A stretch of 59,586 nucleotides of DNA, filler included, from Sluysia triapertura (Eukaryota): NCBI GenBank assembly GCA_046118255.1. It is 5 parts of 5 records of this genome, joined end to end, with 100 filler letters (N's around TTAATTAATTAA, not from the genome) between each part and the next. Parts side by side here need not be neighbours in the genome. Positions count along the whole stretch, not along the records: positions 25,157 to 36,487 come from JBJNIA010185934.1; positions 36,588 to 47,481 come from JBJNIA010191852.1; 3 more parts are not named here. One strand, written 5' to 3'. Every line of letters starts with the position of its first letter. The first letter of the stretch is position 1. Under the pieces are notes generated by a model. The model was not told the DNA's origin, did no database searches, and worked only from the letters and a program-made list of their open reading frames with translations. Positions 25,216 through 40,263 of the stretch are shown one piece after another. A program made the translations under genes and the position numbers.

Positions 25216-27897
25216 CAATAAAACATCAATTAAAGCTAGACGAATTAATAATTAATTTTCTTATAGAAAATTGTTTTAAATCCCGAGCAGAAAAATTTAA
25301 TATGGAAAATCTGATTATTTTTTTATATTTTTTGGTATATTTTTGATTATAATTCCAAAAATATAAAAACATTTTTCTTCCGCATAAGTACTAAATAAAA
25401 ATAGTTTATATGAAATAGTGAATTTACTTTCCGCATAGAAAGATTTCTTGGTTTACTATGAAGTATAATTAGAAAAAATAGATAAAATTTTAATACAACA
25501 AAATTAAGAAGGATTAACAGCATTAAAAAATTAATGGTTTACGGAAAAATGTGAATACAGAAGTTGTGCTTAAGAAAAAAATTAATAAATATATTAATGA
25601 GCATAATATTTAAATTAAATATACAAGAAACTTAACCCACTTAACCTATTCAAGGTCATATGTTTAGACACCTTTAATTTTATGTGATTTGAAATGAAAA
25701 GCTTACAATAGTACACTGAAATAGTATGATTTGAAATCACCTAGATTTAATGGGACGAATTGTAAATGAGATAATTTTACTCAAAACCCATTTAACAATA
25801 ATTGAATTATTTAAAATAATCAATAAACAAAAAAGGAAAAGTTCATACTAATAATATGATTTCATATTTATCTAAAGATTTGACGTCTAGGGCAAAAATG
25901 GCTTTCAAAAGCTTCGTCTGAATAAAATAAATTCTAATTTGTTAATAACTGTGAAATAAAATACAATAAAAATTTATCCATTTTTAGACACAATTAAGTT
26001 ATACATTCATTAAAACATTTTATTAACACAAAGTAAAATAACATAAACCATTTCATTCAATAATTTGCAAGCGCAAAACCATTTTAGAAATCAAAGATAC
26101 AAATGTGTAATTCTTAAATATTAATAACAATAATAACAACAACAATAATAATAATAATAATAATAAAAATAAAATACGATTATAGATGAATTTAGTGGAA
26201 ATTAGTGATAAAGATATTATCAGCAATAAGGTATACACACATATGCACAACACTGAGATAGACAAAAAAGAGAGACAATGCAAATCTTGCAACAACGATA
26301 ATATGCATTATTATTATTATTAGGACTGTGTTTATGTTCTGCATGCATTGAGTAGGAATTGATATGTTGTAGTTCATTTAATAACTTGTTTATGTAAGAT
26401 GTGTTGATTTGTGTTGGCGTTTGCTTGTGATTGTTATGAATTGATCTGGAATTACCTACAAGTATAATCACACGAAAATTAAAATTGAAAATGAGTTTTT
26501 AAGTCACAAGATACAGATACATTGATTTATTTCAATGATTTAGCTTTTGAATAAAATTAGATTTATGCAATTAAAATCGCATTTGCAGATGAAAAACTTA
26601 TTTATTTAAAATTATTTCTATGCGGATAATAATAACAATAATAATAAAGGAATTTAACGGCACAGGATAGACATGAACCAAGATAGATACTCTTAGATGA
26701 TACTATAAGATAAATATTAAGTAACTTTACTTTCCGTAAACCTGGTTTGATAATTTACTCGTGTACGCATAGTTCGCATTTTATTATAGATTGGTTAGAG
26801 TATTACATTAAATTTGGATTTGGTGTTAATTAATTGGTACATTTTATTTGAATTAGATAGTTCTGATTTGTTAACATATCATTTGGTTTATTGGATTAGA
26901 TTATTAATTTGTATTTGGTGTTAATTAATTGGATTTTTAAAAGGGAAGGTAGTATTATACATTATATTATATTGTCTTAAAAAACTGAAATTATAAAATA
27001 CTAAAATTTAAAAATGCAATGGTTTAATTATAACAATTAGACTTTTTACAAGATATGTACAAACAAATTAGATTATAATTAGATATTAAAACGAAATAAT
27101 TTAGATTATAAATAAAATGTTAACAGCTTTTCGGCGCATATAAATAGTTACGTAAATAACTCCAAAACAGATACGAAAATAATTTTTTGCGAACTAAACG
27201 TTTTGGCGATTATTACTGTAATTAGTTTCGAGAAATCTTTCCTGCATCATTTAATCAATCTGTCCAGATGAAAATCGAATATAAACACTTGTAATTATTA
27301 ATTATCAACTGACATATCCATTTTGTGCGACTCTCGATGTGATCAATCTTTTTCAGCTGAAAATTTTTAAAAATAACATTCGTAAAGTTTTATTGATATG
27401 TTTTAATCTTACTTAAGTCAGACAATATTTTTACTTACATTATCTTCTGTTAAACCAGTGATAAATTACTAAATTTGATTTAATGATTGATAGTGATAAA
27501 CTTCTTTTTTTACTTATTACTCTTTTTTATTACTTATATTACTTATTTTTTAAATATTACTCATATTTTAATTATTGATGAAAATGAAAATATTATGTCA
27601 AATAGAAATTGATAAACCATAATATACAAAACTGCAAATACTATCTTGTCAATTACTTGAAGCTAAATTAGTGTAAATAGAAGTAAGTTTTTATCTATTT
27701 AATCATCCATGGAATATTTCCACACACTGCTCCTGAATTAATTTTGTGGTACGATAATTTAGAATACAAAGAAATGAATAGCAAAGTTCTCAAATAATTA
27801 CTAAAAAAATTAAAGAAAAAATGTAAATTAATTAATTATGTATTTTATATCTGAATTTTTATTTATTAAAAACATGTTATTATAAGCTAAGTTTAAA

Positions 27898-28429
27898 ATG
27901 GATTTAAACAATAATGCAATCTACCAAATTGTTTGCCAAAGTGGTAATGGAAAAACACTTTATGTAAAGTACTACAAAGTAATAAGTTTAAAAATAACTT
28001 TAATAAAATATATTAACATGAAAGTGGGTATGGAAAAACAGGATTAACTCAAACCGAATTTTTTAAATTAGAAAATACTAAATCTTTGAAGAAAATTTGT
28101 CAAGCAGATTACAAAAACATGATGTCATCGTTATTGATGACTTATACCAAGAAGCTAATAAACAAGATGATCTTAATAATTTATTCTCTATAATAGCTAG
28201 ACATATAAATGTGATTCTAATTTTGTTTTATCAAGGTGGTAATCATACTCGAAATTTTAATAATTTAATAACATTTAATAATCATAGAGATCAAATTGTA
28301 ACAGATTATATAGCATGACAAGCATTTCCGCATGTTATTTTTAATTAATGCTTTTCATAAACATATCCCGATGAAATGCGTATATATACTAATATTTTTA
28401 ATCATAAAAATATCACTTATTATAAATAA
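27898..28429 (+). mobile_element. Maverick/Polinton (adintovirus-like) packaging ATPase, pseudogenised
   Basis: MDLNNNAIYQIVCQSGNGKT (degenerate Walker A), VIVIDDL (Walker B), LFSIIARHINV, FNNHRDQIV...A*QAFP and YPDEMRIYTNIF. The motif order matches Maverick A32/FtsK-like ATPases. Frameshifts and stops are present. Confidence 0.78.
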
Positions 28430-31400
28430 TGTACTAAAATTAAGATGTATTTAAACATAATAAAGTCAAAGATGTTAAACAAATAATTTCAACTATGTTG
28501 CAACAAAATAAAAGACGAAATTAGAATGTAGTTTACCATACTTATTGCATTAATAAAATCACAAAAATCTCGCATAAAAGATTTTTAAAATCATTTCCTT
28601 CATCTGTAATTGATATATTGATACAAATAATTTACAAGCGCAGTACTAGTTTAACTAAAAAATGGCAGAGATGCCAGTGAAACATTTTGTGATGCTATAA
28701 ATTTAAGTAATGCATCCGTACATTTTGAATTTAGACAATGTTGCAGCTGCCAGGATTTTATGAAATTGTAGAATCTCGTCTGTTTTATTTAAAACTTTAC
28801 AAGTAGTGTAATATCTTTGTTACTTATGAATTTCATTCAAACAATATACTTTTGAAACCTTCTTGATACGAATTAAAATCGCTTTTCATAATAATCGTTA
28901 CTACGAAAATGTACGTCATAAGTGAATATTTTTCTTATTATTTTCTTTATTAACTGTACTTGATTTAAATTTTATAAATATTTCCAATTATTTACAATAT
29001 TTAATCTTAAACTTAAAAAGAAGTCGTTATTAATATTTAATAATTTAATTTCAATTTGAATTAATTTCAAGTTTCGGTTAAGATTTATTTCAATCTCAAA
29101 GTTGAATATTGTTACTGGGGAGAGTTTATTTCACCTCCCATCCCCTACTTAAATTGCATTGAATTTTAAGTTATTTTACAATTATACTTTATTATAAAAT
29201 TCTTTTTTTATACAAATTAATCTTTAAAATTACATTAATTATGAGATAATAATTAATAAATAACCCAAGCAAAATAAATAACTTCATAAATTCTACGATA
29301 AAAATTGTAAGTAAGATATGTAAAACTCACTAAAAAGTATACTTAAACGATTTGATCTACTCTGTTTACATTTACCTTGCAACTACATACATTCTTTTTG
29401 AGTACAAGAATGCAATAAAATTGTTCGGTAGTCGCACTGGAATGCTTAATTGACTCTTCTCTGACATTTATTATTTGATTTAACATGAAAATTTTCAAAA
29501 TAATCGACACTGAAAAATATCTGTACATCGAAATCAATTTTTATATTATCGGTAAAATTGATATTAATCTCAAATCTTTTCCCATTAAGATAATAATTCG
29601 ATATTCACAACGGTTCAGAAGCTAAATAAATCTTTCCATTCATATATATACTAATAAACAAATATATCACTTTATGAAACACAAAACAATAGTGCAATTC
29701 AAGTTACATTTTACAATTTTACATATTACACCTTTAATATCACCTCATAATATACCAAAAATAAATTCGTAGTCTAAAAAAGGTCATAGTTCCAATAAGA
29801 ACATATGGACCAACAACAATCATACAAATACCCAATCAAATCATTATGCAAGTAATAAATCAAATGCATACTTTAATTACTCCGAACAATCAAAAAAGTA
29901 GATCATTATTTATCAAAAAATAATTGAAAACTTTAAAATTAATCAGAATCAGTACTACACCATTCTCACCACAAATATGCGATCTTACTCAGCATTTAGA
30001 AAACTAGCATAAAAGACAAATATCATTGTAAAATCTTCGTTCCAATCATAAATTTCAATTTACATTGACCTTTTATATTCCATGTCAATTAAACAGTTAA
30101 TCTCTCTAACTACGATAAGATTTTCACCCCAAATTCACTAAATAATAGCAGTAAAGTAGAATCATCAAAAAAGAGTTTGCAATACAGTTACTTCAATAAC
30201 TTCATTAAGGGTCAAACTTCATTCAAAATTTTTACAAGTATTAATTTACAACGTTGTTCTTCAAACTCTTTTAATTGCAGACAATACATTAATATTCAAA
30301 ATAATCTCATGGATAATCGATATGATTATCCATAACCATCTGTTGATCCTCAAGCATCTCATCGAAATACCTTCCAAATTCTACCTAAGTTTTAATCATA
30401 TTTCTAACAGCTAAATATATTCTCTATAAAGACCATTCAAAGAATAAACAAAATCAAGAATCAGAAATCAAGATCAAGAATAGCATATCCAAATTCAAAG
30501 AACCAACTAGAAATACATAAATATAAATATAAATATCCAGTTATATCAGTTCCTGTAACATTTATGTATAATTACTGTAAAAAATATGTAAAATTTCATG
30601 TAAGATCGTGTAGAATTAAAGATATAATATATTCCAAAAAGTAGAATTAAATAATTAAATTCTAGAAACATTAAAAGCTTTATATACTAAGATTATTGGT
30701 GTTATTATTATAAAAGTTCAAGATATTTTAAATAAGAACATTTAATAAAGTTAAAAATTAATTTAATAAAAAAATGCTAATATTACACTATTATTTTATG
30801 GTTAAATAAAAATTTCTTCCAGGCCTCTATTAATTAATATGAATTGCCGTATTGATTTAAGATTGGCTAAAAAGATTTCTCATAAAAAAATTATTAATGA
30901 CTAAAAAAAGTTATAATTATTATAACTTGGTTTAAAATTTGTCACATAAAAATATATAACTGAAGGTTAATATTTATCTGTTGGTAATTTGAACTTGTTC
31001 AATTAAGCGAGTATAATATTTAATTTTTATGAAATTCGAATTAAATAAAACACCAAAATCCAATTGCGTTTACAATTTTGTGGACTGCTTATTTATTTTA
31101 TTTTATTTTACTTCTTTTTTAAGTTTATTAGTGTAGCGGACAATTGGGAAATAAGATTCGACCTTATAAAATATTATTTAAAAATTTCTGCATTTCCATT
31201 TCTTACATCAGAGACGAGTAAGACTCAAACCTCTAGAATAAACTTATGTTAAGTTTTTAACTATTTTGAAAATAAAAGAAGCATAAAATCAAATTTACTC
31301 AGATAAGCAAAAAACTAATTTTTACAAATAAATGTTAATGAAATTACAAATTATTTTACATTGAAATATTCAGTGTAATTTTCCACTCTTTCTATGCACA

Positions 31401-34400
31401 TATTACCACTTCTGTCACAAGATCCCAAGACATTGCGTAATTTATCATCAGCATGCTTTAAATCAGAACTCTTACTAGAAACCAATTACAAAATCGAAAA
31501 ATAATTGACAAACGTCTTATTATTATCATTAGCTAAGTATTAAAAAGTTTGCGCAAATAATGCAAAGAGACTATTTGATGATTTATAAATGTGTGATTAC
31601 GATTAAAGGTTTTATTGAATATTTTGAATTGTAAGGTGATTTTGTTTCATTAGTGAATAGTCCTCTTGTATTTTGCAATTTGATTTTAGATATCACATTT
31701 ATATCTGTTTACGAATTTGTTGAATGCAAACAAGTAATGTAACATATGAATTTTATTTTGTGAAACGGTATTATTTGATGATCTGATCATAATCAAATTA
31801 TAATAATTGTGAATTACAAAGGTTAAAATTAGAAGTTTTCTTAATTGTGGGATAATTTTTTAAATAAATTTAAACGTTATAAGTTGGGCCACCGCAAAGC
31901 AGTATTGGTATTCATTAAAAACAAAACTGATTTAGGTACAGTTTTACAATAAAGATGTGAAAAAGTACTAGAATAAAATGGTATTAATCATTATCAAAAT
32001 TTATATTACTAAAGTTTGTAAGTAAACTTCAATAATTGTAGTCATCAAAAGTATGTCACGTTCAATTTACAATAGTAAGTAGTACATTATTGATAAAAAT
32101 TAACTAAACAAAGGTGTTACTAGCTTACTAACGAATTTTAGATATTTTCTTTTATTGGATGCTGAATACTATATACTTATTCATAAAAGAAGACATGACT
32201 CATTATTTATCAAAGTTTATGGTAATTATTAATTTATAAAATGTCGATTTAAATCAAGAATTACACATTAGTATAACAATAAATACTATAAGTATTAGAT
32301 ATCAAGATTTAAAAATAAATAAAACATCCATATAATGTAAAATATTTGTATGCATAAAACAAGGATTAGTTAATTATAACATTTATATAAACCACGGATT
32401 ACGAAATTGTACGAAAAATGTTGCCATAAAAACTATAACCATTTTACATACAAATTGGCATGAAATTTCTGATTTTATCAATGTTAACACGAACACTGCT
32501 ACGATCAATGTTTCTCTTAAAAAGAGTGTTAATTATTCAGTTTTTTGTTTTTTCTTCAATTAATTTTTGTCTTCATTATTTCTTTAAAGAGTTAATTGAC
32601 CCCTTAAAATATGTACCATCCGTTTCACCAGGCTTTAAGCTGGCTTCAAATTATTTTAAAAAACATAAGAAAAAGGTTGAGTATAAACATAAAATAAAAC
32701 CCAGATTTAGAAATAAGAGTAAACAAAATAACATTCTATTATTATCGCATCCCTCAAATGAGCAATGAAATTACAGTTTTCATAACTTGTCTATGATATA
32801 TTTATCAGGACCATAAATCACCACCAACCTTTTACGTTTTAATTTTTTACATTTCTTTATACAAATTATCATTTCTTTTCTTTTTTAATTTAATATCTCA
32901 TTTAAATCATCTTATATCTTACATTTATATCATCTCGTGTATTTGAATCAATATACTAGCCTAACTGATCGTTCCTTGTCCATAAGACTTACTTCTCCTT
33001 TATTGAAATTTATAGTGTTTTTTCATCAATATGATCGTGATTTTGATAATATCTACTATAAAAATAAGGACCCTAAGAAAAATATGCTGACATTTGAATA
33101 TGAAATTGTTGAAAAAAATAATTCAGTCTATTTCCTTAGTTCCAGCAGTTTCAATCAAGCAGATTTTACTATTGATTGCCTAGAAGATAAAAATAAATAT
33201 TATAAATAAGTTTATAAAAATTAGCGATCTAAAGCACGCTGAAGTTATTCTCAAAAGTAAGCACAGACTATCAAAACATTTGTGTTCATTCTGTTGTGGG
33301 TAGTTCATGTTATAAATCAGTATTAAGTTTTTGTTGAATGCACTAGTAAAAGATGAAAATCTTTGTTAGGGCCCTCGATAAGGATGGTGACGGATTTTAA
33401 CTTTTCTTAACATTACTGACACAGCATTAAACGAAGATACCTTTACTGATGATAACTTATGTATTTTATATTCAATATTATCAATTTTGAAATGATTTTG
33501 TTGATAAAAGCCATAGACTTCGTGTTAGCAATTACAAAATATTTGAATGAATTCACTTTTAAAGATTTTGAATTCCCCATGACTATATTTAATATCTAAA
33601 TTTGAACAACTAAATAAATTAAATATAATATAATGTTTTTAAATATGTTACTGATGAATATAATAAGGATGATATTTTTAAAAATCCATTTAAAACTTTC
33701 CATTATATAGCAGTCAAGTCTTAAATTTCGTAATGTCAACATAAAAAACTTTTTAAGGTGTAAGCAGTATTTTCAAGAATTTAAAACAGATATTTCATTT
33801 AATAATCATATTAAGTTAAGTAGTAAAAATTTTGATGGAGATAACACTGCATTTTTACGCAGATTTTGAATATAATTTGACAATATCATCAAATACAAGA
33901 ACCATTAGCTGCATGTTTATTATTACTAGGTACAAAAACGAAATACTATGGTCTGGTATAAATGTCTTAAGTTTTTTAAATAAGATCTAAGAACTTGTTC
34001 AGAATAGAGTTATGACTTATTACCAAGATCAAAAAATGAATTTAACCAGTTACAATTTCAGTTTAATCATGTTCTTTGTGCAAAAAAACCAGCAACAAAA
34101 TTATTAAAGATCATGAACATTTTAGATGCATCTTGCAACAAATGTAATTTAAGTAGAAAAATTCGTCCGACTATACCCGTAGTATTGTAGTGGCCCTTCC
34201 CATAATTTAAATTTTATACCCTACACTTTCACAAAACAAAAATATGAAAAAGTAAAAACGTCGCAGCAAATTTTATCATTTGTCAAATAAATAACTTATT
34301 CCAATTATATCAATAACCATTCGTTATAACTAAAACCTAAAATAACTTACCTTTTACGTATAAAAAATTAACATTCTCACTTATTCAGTTTAAAAGTGTT

Positions 34401-36423
34401 TTATCTTATCAATCATTGAATTGAACTTTTTACTATAATTTTATTTTTATGAGAAAATAATTTTATTCTGATGTAAAAAATAATTAAAATATTTAATATT
34501 GTCAGTAAAATATAGTCAATAAATGAAAAATTTACAACATGGCGTTAACCTTACGTCGGCAAGCAGATGCAATATATACTAGTTTGATAGTTGAAAGCTT
34601 TAATCAACGAGTCATTTATGTTAGTAACATTTCGGAATAAGCAATTGTTGCTTCAACTCAAGAAGTGCCAACGAATATATTTTTGCACAACATAAATATA
34701 TACTTTATAAGACGCCGAATGGCTCTCAAGCCTGTAGAATACCAAGTTAAGACATTAATGAGTGGTCAATCATTTTGTAAAAATGTCGTCTCGATTCAAC
34801 AAGAATCTGAATTATTAACTACAGTTGATTTTTCTTTAAAATTAAGGAAACAGTTTGTAAATGTGAATGTTCAGCTAAATTTGAGTCAAATGTAAAGCAT
34901 CATTCTGAATTTAAAGATTTTATCCAATCGACTAAAATTGCATTTGTGTATGCTAAAGATGATCCATCAATGTGAAATTTAGTCCGGAGTAGAATAAAGA
35001 TTCTCCAGCTGAAATTAAACCTGAGAATCCCAAAAGCTTTCTAATTAGACAAATTATACTACACATAATATATATGTATAACTGGATAAAATTTGATGCT
35101 AATAAATTAGTTGATTCAATTTGTCAATATACTAAAAATAAAAAAACCCTTTGTACCACACTTTATCGTGACTATGGTATTTTCTTTGATGCAAACACAA
35201 ATTACTACAACACATTCCTTTTCATCATCAGTATGTTCATTAGAAATTTTTAATATTAGTTTGAAATACAATTCTTCACCCTCTAATGATGAAATGTTTA
35301 AAAACATACATACATATCTTTTGTCAGATATCTCTTTGCCTTCCACTTAAATTTTGTTATTTATGTGGTAGTTATAAGTAATACATTAATTGTTTGGTAT
35401 TTTAATTTTATCAATTTGTGTTTAATTAATCTGAGAGCCCTTAAGGCTATTAAGTTAAAAAGAATAATTTTGAATAAGTTTTTATATAAAAATAAATTAT
35501 TTTGTATTAAATTTTTATACTAAAGAATTTAAATTTTCTTTTCTTGATAGTTTAAATGAATTTTTCGATGATTACGGAATAAAATTGAATTCCACAATGT
35601 AAAATTAATAATGAAACTTTACTTTAAGTTTACATCGTATACATTATATAATCAAGCATTTTTCCATGTCACTTTTCGCTATAATCATCCTTCACGCACA
35701 TTTTTTGCAATCACTCTGTACAGTAAATACAACTCTTTACGTTGTATATACAACCAAGTCGACAAACATCACCTATATCGCATTAATGTTGCATTAAACG
35801 ATCATTCATTCTTTAATTCAACTTCGTTCTTAATTAAAATTCAAACCAATATTAATATTTCTCGACCACCAACAACAAACAAAATTTAAGCCAATTTTCT
35901 AATTCAACCAACAAAGACATTTATATCCAAAAAAGTAAATACTTTTGGGAATACAATTTCACTGTATTTCATCATAAATTAAAATATACATTGAGTGAAT
36001 TAATAAATTGGGAAATAATTAGGAAATAAGTTCAAAAAATTTTCAAGTCTTATATACTTAATCATTAAATAATTTTCAATTAAATTTATAAATAGTATTC
36101 AATTTTTATCATGAAATTGTTTTCGAAAATCCATTTTATCAAATATAATGAATGAATGCTATTTCCATTTTGAAAGTCAGTATCAAAACTTAAAAGATTT
36201 TAAATCTTAATTCAATCTTCAAAAGTAGATGAGACTATAATTCGTAAAATAAAAATAATTTTATTTTGTCATTGATTCCCAATTTTTAAGTATGTACGGT
36301 GCATTTTCATCAGTACTACTATAATTTCTATTATATTAAATATAATTATTAAATATTATAATTATTAGATTATTAATTAAATTATTACACTAATTATAAT
36401 TGGTAGCATTATCATTGCATTGG

Positions 36424-36426
36424 TTA

Positions 36427-36463
<37 letters not shown>

Positions 36464-36587
36464 TCTTATTATTATTATTATTATTATNNNNNNNNNNNNN
36501 NNNNNNNNNNNNNNNNNNNNNNNNNNNNNNNTTAATTAATTAANNNNNNNNNNNNNNNNNNNNNNNNNNNNNNNNNNNNNNNNNNNN

Positions 36588-36640
<53 letters not shown>
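36424..36640. repeat. (ATT/AAT)n microsatellites flanking an assembly spacer
   Basis: Directly visible on both sides of the spacer at 36488-36587. Confidence 0.9.
36488..36587. other. Assembly spacer N44-TTAATTAATTAA-N44
   Basis: Identical 100-bp linker. Confidence 0.97.
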
Positions 36641-36643
<3 letters not shown>

Positions 36644-38076
36644 TTAATATAAAAAATTAACAAAATAAGTACGTAATAAAAAAGAACAAGTTTAACTCTT
36701 ATTTTAATTTTAGAAAGAAGTAGCTCCACTACACAAAAGCAAACACCTTATTAGCGCATTATCACAAATTTAATAATTGTTACATTTATTCACTTTGAGA
36801 GTTTACTGGATTTTAAAGTTTTGTTTTCTATTTTAACAAGACGTCGTTGTGTGTATTTAAGTATGAATGATGTTTCTAAATTTTCGATATTAGTTATTCG
36901 TAAAAATAATCGTGTACTTTCATTGTTACTTTAATTTACATCCTTAAATTCATTAAAAGTTTCCAATAAAAGATTACAAATAGATTTAAAATGTCGAATC
37001 AGTTGAGGAGCACTCGTCAAATGATTTAATCCTTTCGTGGTCTAGGTGACTACAAGGCATTATTAATAATTTTAGATGGAGTAGGGTAGGTTAATGGTGA
37101 CGTCGAATAACTGCACCATGATATAATTATTGGAATGCTCAAAACTGAAGGTTCTAGATAAATTAATGGAATATCTGGCACAAAACAATGTATTTAAGTC
37201 CAAACAAATTTTGTACATGTTATAAATCGAATTTTGTATATATTCTTGAGGTGACTTGTCTATTAACACATTTATTTTGGACTTAAGTTATTCTATGGTA
37301 ATTTGGCTAGTCATATATGCTTATCTATCTAATAATGTTTTGCATAAAAAATCATAACCATCTTCAATGGCTTTACTAACGTTTCCTATATAAAATTTGC
37401 TATTATTCAGTCCTAAATTATTTATAATCTTATAGTTACAATTTTTACTAAATTTAGAACCGGCTTAAATCCTGTCAGAACGTATCTATTTGATTTTAGA
37501 GGGATGATTAAATTAAAATAATTATAAAGTGAAACAAAAAAACAGAAATTTCAATTTCATAAAAAAGAACACAAAAATAATTTAACATTAGTCAAAAAAT
37601 TCTGATTTTGATTTCCGAATTTAAATTAGATACCATAAAATTTGAGGAAATTAACACAGACGGTAATTTTGTTATATCATGTTTCATTGCCATATGAAGC
37701 ACTTTTGTATATTTAACTAATTTTTCTTCGATTAATACTTTTGGAATTAGTGGTCGTTTATTCTTTCTATGATGTTTAATGGCATCGCCTCTTTCTTATT
37801 TCCTTTTATAAATTTTAAATTTGTTTTCATCTATTTTTATTTTTTATTAAGATTAAGAATTAGTTTGTTGACATTTTTATCAAAATTACTATTTAAAATT
37901 ATTATTATTATTTAATTATTTTGATTTTACATTTAATTAATGTTTATTTATAACAGGACTATAAAATAATAACAAAAATAATAATTAGTAATGACAATAA
38001 TAATATTAACGCCATGACACTAAAAATCTTAATAATGTCCTACATACTTTTGTAAGTTAATAATTGTTTGTAAAAA

Positions 38077-38356
38077 TGTAGTTACATTATATTTCAAAAT
38101 TTCAATTCCACGCATAAACAATTACTCTCTAACTTGTTGACAATATACAATAATCTGTAAATAATCTATACGACAATTTACACTTTCATCTATTCTTTCT
38201 ATTTCCAATTCTGTCGCATTTAATAATAACATTTATGAGAAAGAATGATAGTATAAAGTACATAATAAATATGGATAAAACTGTACTGGTCCGAGATCTA
38301 GTCATTAATCGTATTATTCTATCTAAATCTATCGCAATTATATAATTCCGTCTACA
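38077..38356 (+). repeat. Candidate 5' LTR (280 bp)
   Basis: Inverted termini TGTAG...CTACA, with internal TATA-like and AATAAA motifs, upstream of gag/pol remnants. No matching 3' LTR or clear PBS was seen. Confidence 0.3.
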
Positions 38357-40263
38357 ACTTTAAGAGTAATTAAATATACAAAACAAAATGAAATAAGCAA
38401 GCTGTAGTTAAAGTCATTACGATGAACACATCTTGAGATTATCTGTACTGGATTTATTCTAACTGGTATTGCGTTGACTCGGGAAATAATTGACAATTTT
38501 CTTCCATTAATATTAAGTGTAGATTCAATTTGTAACTTCTAATTTTTTAACTTCAGTAATTAAATGATAATCTTGAAAAGTATTCAGATATTCATATAAA
38601 CTAGCAAATATAAATGGCCTAACTCAGCAAAAAAATTAGCTTATCAATGGAAGAACAATAAATAAAATTTTAAAAGATTGTTGAAATACTTCTTCGTAAG
38701 CATAAAATTGTTAGGTAAGATGATTAAAATTTTAAATTGACAAAAAATTATTGGTTTTACATATATAATCAGATAACAGTAAATATTATTCACATAAACC
38801 GAATAATAACAATATTAATAGCAAATAATAAAAATAAATATAACGATAAATAAACAATACACAAAATGAATAATAAGTACGAGAGAATAACAAGATAATA
38901 AAGGAAGAATAAAATAACACAATGTAGTAATTTACTTATGTTATTTGGTAACAAGAACTAATTATTGATTGAGATTATACCCGACGCTTAATATGCTCTT
39001 TGTAATAATATTATTGGCTATATTTGGTATAAATGGAACAAACTGAATAAAAACCAGAAATTGTTATAAAATTTTCTTTGCTTGATAATGAGGATTGTCC
39101 AGAATCGAAAACTAATCGAATCAGAGTGAAGGATACTAAAATTCTGAATGTGTATGAAGAAGGAAATTTGGTGACAACGTTAGTAAGTGAGTGTACAATA
39201 CAACTAAAAGAGCTGTGGGGCAATATGGTACTGCGAACACTACAGCTATTCATCAGTGATTGAACTTCAAATGTATTAAAAATATTTAATATATTACTTA
39301 ATAATTGTAGAGGCGTGTATGAACCAGTTGCATAAACTTATATAAATGTGATAAACTTAGAATAAGAAATAACGAAAAAATAATTTATAATATTCAAACT
39401 GACGGTAACGTACGATTTCGAGAAATATGGGAAAATGATCTATAGAATACGAAAGTAAATTTTATCATAACGCCGTTGCAAAGAAATTTGTAGTAAGTTT
39501 TTAAATGAATGTTTTGACATTGGAAAACATGTTGTGACATGGGAAAATCTAAGAATTAAAGAAATTCCAATGTCCACTAAAAGTTAATTTAGTATCTGGA
39601 TTTGCATATCAAGATAATGATGAGATTCCGATAGAATAAATAAATATAAGACAAATAAATTAAGAAAACTGAGACTTTAAAAAGAGAAAAAGATGAATGA
39701 AATTGAAACTCCAACATTTTAATGGCCAATTATCAAACGACTTGATAATATGATGTGACAGAGAGACCATGGAAACTAATTACCAGGGCATTTATCTGTC
39801 AGAACAACTAATACAACACGCTAAAAGGGGAGTTGACAAATATAAAATTAAACACATACTTTAATAGTAAAAGACTTTTACTATCCTTGGAAAAATATAT
39901 CAAATTATGGTAGCTCGAAACAGCTAATTAAATAAAGAGATGTTACGTACCAAGTTGTCTGTATAAATTACCAATCCTGATTTAGTAGTACCATTTAGTA
40001 ACACCATTAGAAGAAGTTCTCTACAAATATAGTGTAAAAAGGTAGAGGTGCAGATAAGGCTAGAAAGGAATGTGCTATATGGTAAGTTTCAAACATACGT
40101 GAAACCAGCAACGCGTGTAATATTTCCAGGCAACAAAATGAAACCCAAACCAATGCATTGTTTAAGTGTAATGACTCAAGAATAAAGAACTGAGGACAAT
40201 CTGTGGATATTCCTACCACATAGAAGTCAGGTTAAGAAACCCGAAGTGATAGACTTAACAGAT

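Noticed and set aside
26053-26471. Three overlapping minus-strand ORFs with poly-Leu/Ile/Asn
   Set aside because: Produced by (AAT/AAC)n low complexity; no recognisable domain.
36990-37480. Possible ubiquitin-hydrolase-like relic on the minus strand
   Set aside because: No convincing Cys-box or His-box could be reconstructed.
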